This document shows positions 63,620 through 64,000 of a DNA stretch of 64,000 nt, one piece after another. Each line of letters begins with the position of its first letter. Position 1 is the first letter of the stretch. A program made the translations under genes and the position numbers. Location of the stretch: IMG/VR virus record IMGVR_UViG_3300036799_000060. The stretch is one strand, 5' to 3'. The notes beneath the pieces were generated by a model, which saw only the letters and a list, made by a program, of their open reading frames with translations, was not told where the DNA came from and did no database searches. This DNA comes from a virus.

Positions 63620-64000
63620 CGTCGGCCTCGCCGTCCAGCAGGCCCTCGTCGCGCAGGTTGGCGACCACGGTCTCCCAGTTGTCCGACACTGCGCGCAACA
63701 CCGTCTTTTCCCGCTCCTCCTGCTCCACCCGGGCCTCCCACCCGTCCATGTCCAGCCGGGCCAGGATGGCCTCTTCCACCAGCCGCTCCAGGTCGGCCGG
63801 TTCGATCGCGTCCAGCTCCCAGCACTCATCGGTGCCGAACTGGTCGATGTAGCCGTTCGTCCGGGAGTCCGTCACCTTGACGGGCGACGGCGGCGGGTTC
63901 AGGTCAAGCACCTGATCCATGTTCAGGGCGATCCGGTCGACCCGGGCGTCGCACCGGAACAGGTTCAGCCGGTCCTGCACGTCGCGGGGAATGTCGATCC
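63606..64000 (-). CDS. 3' part of a larger gene truncated by the window edge
   Basis: The frame is open to base 64000 (...IDIPRDVQDRLNLFRCDARVDRIALNMDQVLDLNPPPSPVKVTDSRTNGYIDQFGTDECWELDAIEPADLERLVEEAI...). The LNPPP.P.K.TDSR...ELDA motif seems familiar from DNA-metabolism (Toprim-associated) proteins, but I cannot place it. Confidence 0.45.
   Translation of the reverse strand, partial: IDIPRDVQDRLNLFRCDARVDRIALNMDQVLDLNPPPSPVKVTDSRTNGYIDQFGTDECWELDAIEPADLERLVEEAILARLDMDGWEARVEQEEREKTVLRAVSDNWETVVANLRDEGLLDGEADDDGE

Noticed and set aside
1-64000. Search for integrase, excisionase, CI/Cro-type repressor, attP-like tRNA fragment, rRNA and transposase
   Set aside because: No tyrosine or serine recombinase motifs, no transposase-like ORF and no rRNA-like stretch were seen in any frame. 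The only HTH candidates (933-1205, 60648-60899) are too small and generic to call a repressor. A temperate lifestyle cannot be excluded, because the genome extends beyond the window.

Overview
The whole 64-kb window is high-GC (roughly 68-70% by eye) actinobacteriophage-type DNA. I saw no integrase, repressor, rRNA or CRISPR array.

Layout:
- (1) 1-11.1 kb: rightward small hypothetical genes. These include a run of tiny membrane proteins, a degenerate HNH-like gene, a split reverse-strand ORF, and a coiled-coil plus hydrolase-like pair.
- (2) 11.1-45.9 kb: rightward virion and lysis block.
  - Packaging: TerS, TerL, HNH, portal.
  - Head: a 946-aa head-module protein with a C-terminal PI3/4-kinase-like domain, a 584-aa protein, an HK97-type prohead protease and the major capsid protein.
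  - Modification: a glycosyltransferase-FkbM methyltransferase fusion and a second methyltransferase.
  - A 705-aa protein with about 16 tandem repeats and a glycine-rich protein, then connector and neck genes.
  - Tail: major tail protein, then G/GT tail chaperones with a GGGAAAA -1 frameshift site.
  - A 1.4-kb insertion carrying a reverse-strand SLOG/DUF2493-like gene.
  - Tape measure, minor tail proteins, endolysin and holin.
- (3) 46.2-46.6 kb: a secreted lectin-like moron flanked by hairpin terminators.
- (4) 46.97-52.34 kb: a leftward operon of about 14 small, often Cys-rich hypothetical genes, with a divergent transglycosylase gene next to it.
- (5) 53.5-59.7 kb: a leftward array of 37 tRNA genes covering all 20 amino acids, interrupted by four HNH endonuclease ORFs.
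- (6) 59.8-64 kb: leftward genes, including MazG-like, HTH, DUF6166-like and beta-clamp-like.

The most unusual signals are in the tRNA array:
- Three miniaturised Thr tRNAs with covarying 4-bp/4-nt D-hairpins and a non-canonical T-loop.
- Four Leu-anticodon tRNAs that lack the long variable arm.
- Eight tRNAs with C instead of U at position 33.

Also notable are the kinase-like head protein and an NPxxHPRxxxGKW-type motif present in five head-module ORFs.

All functional calls come from reading motifs by eye and memory of protein families. No searches were run. The hand-folded tRNA coordinates may be off by 1-2 nt.
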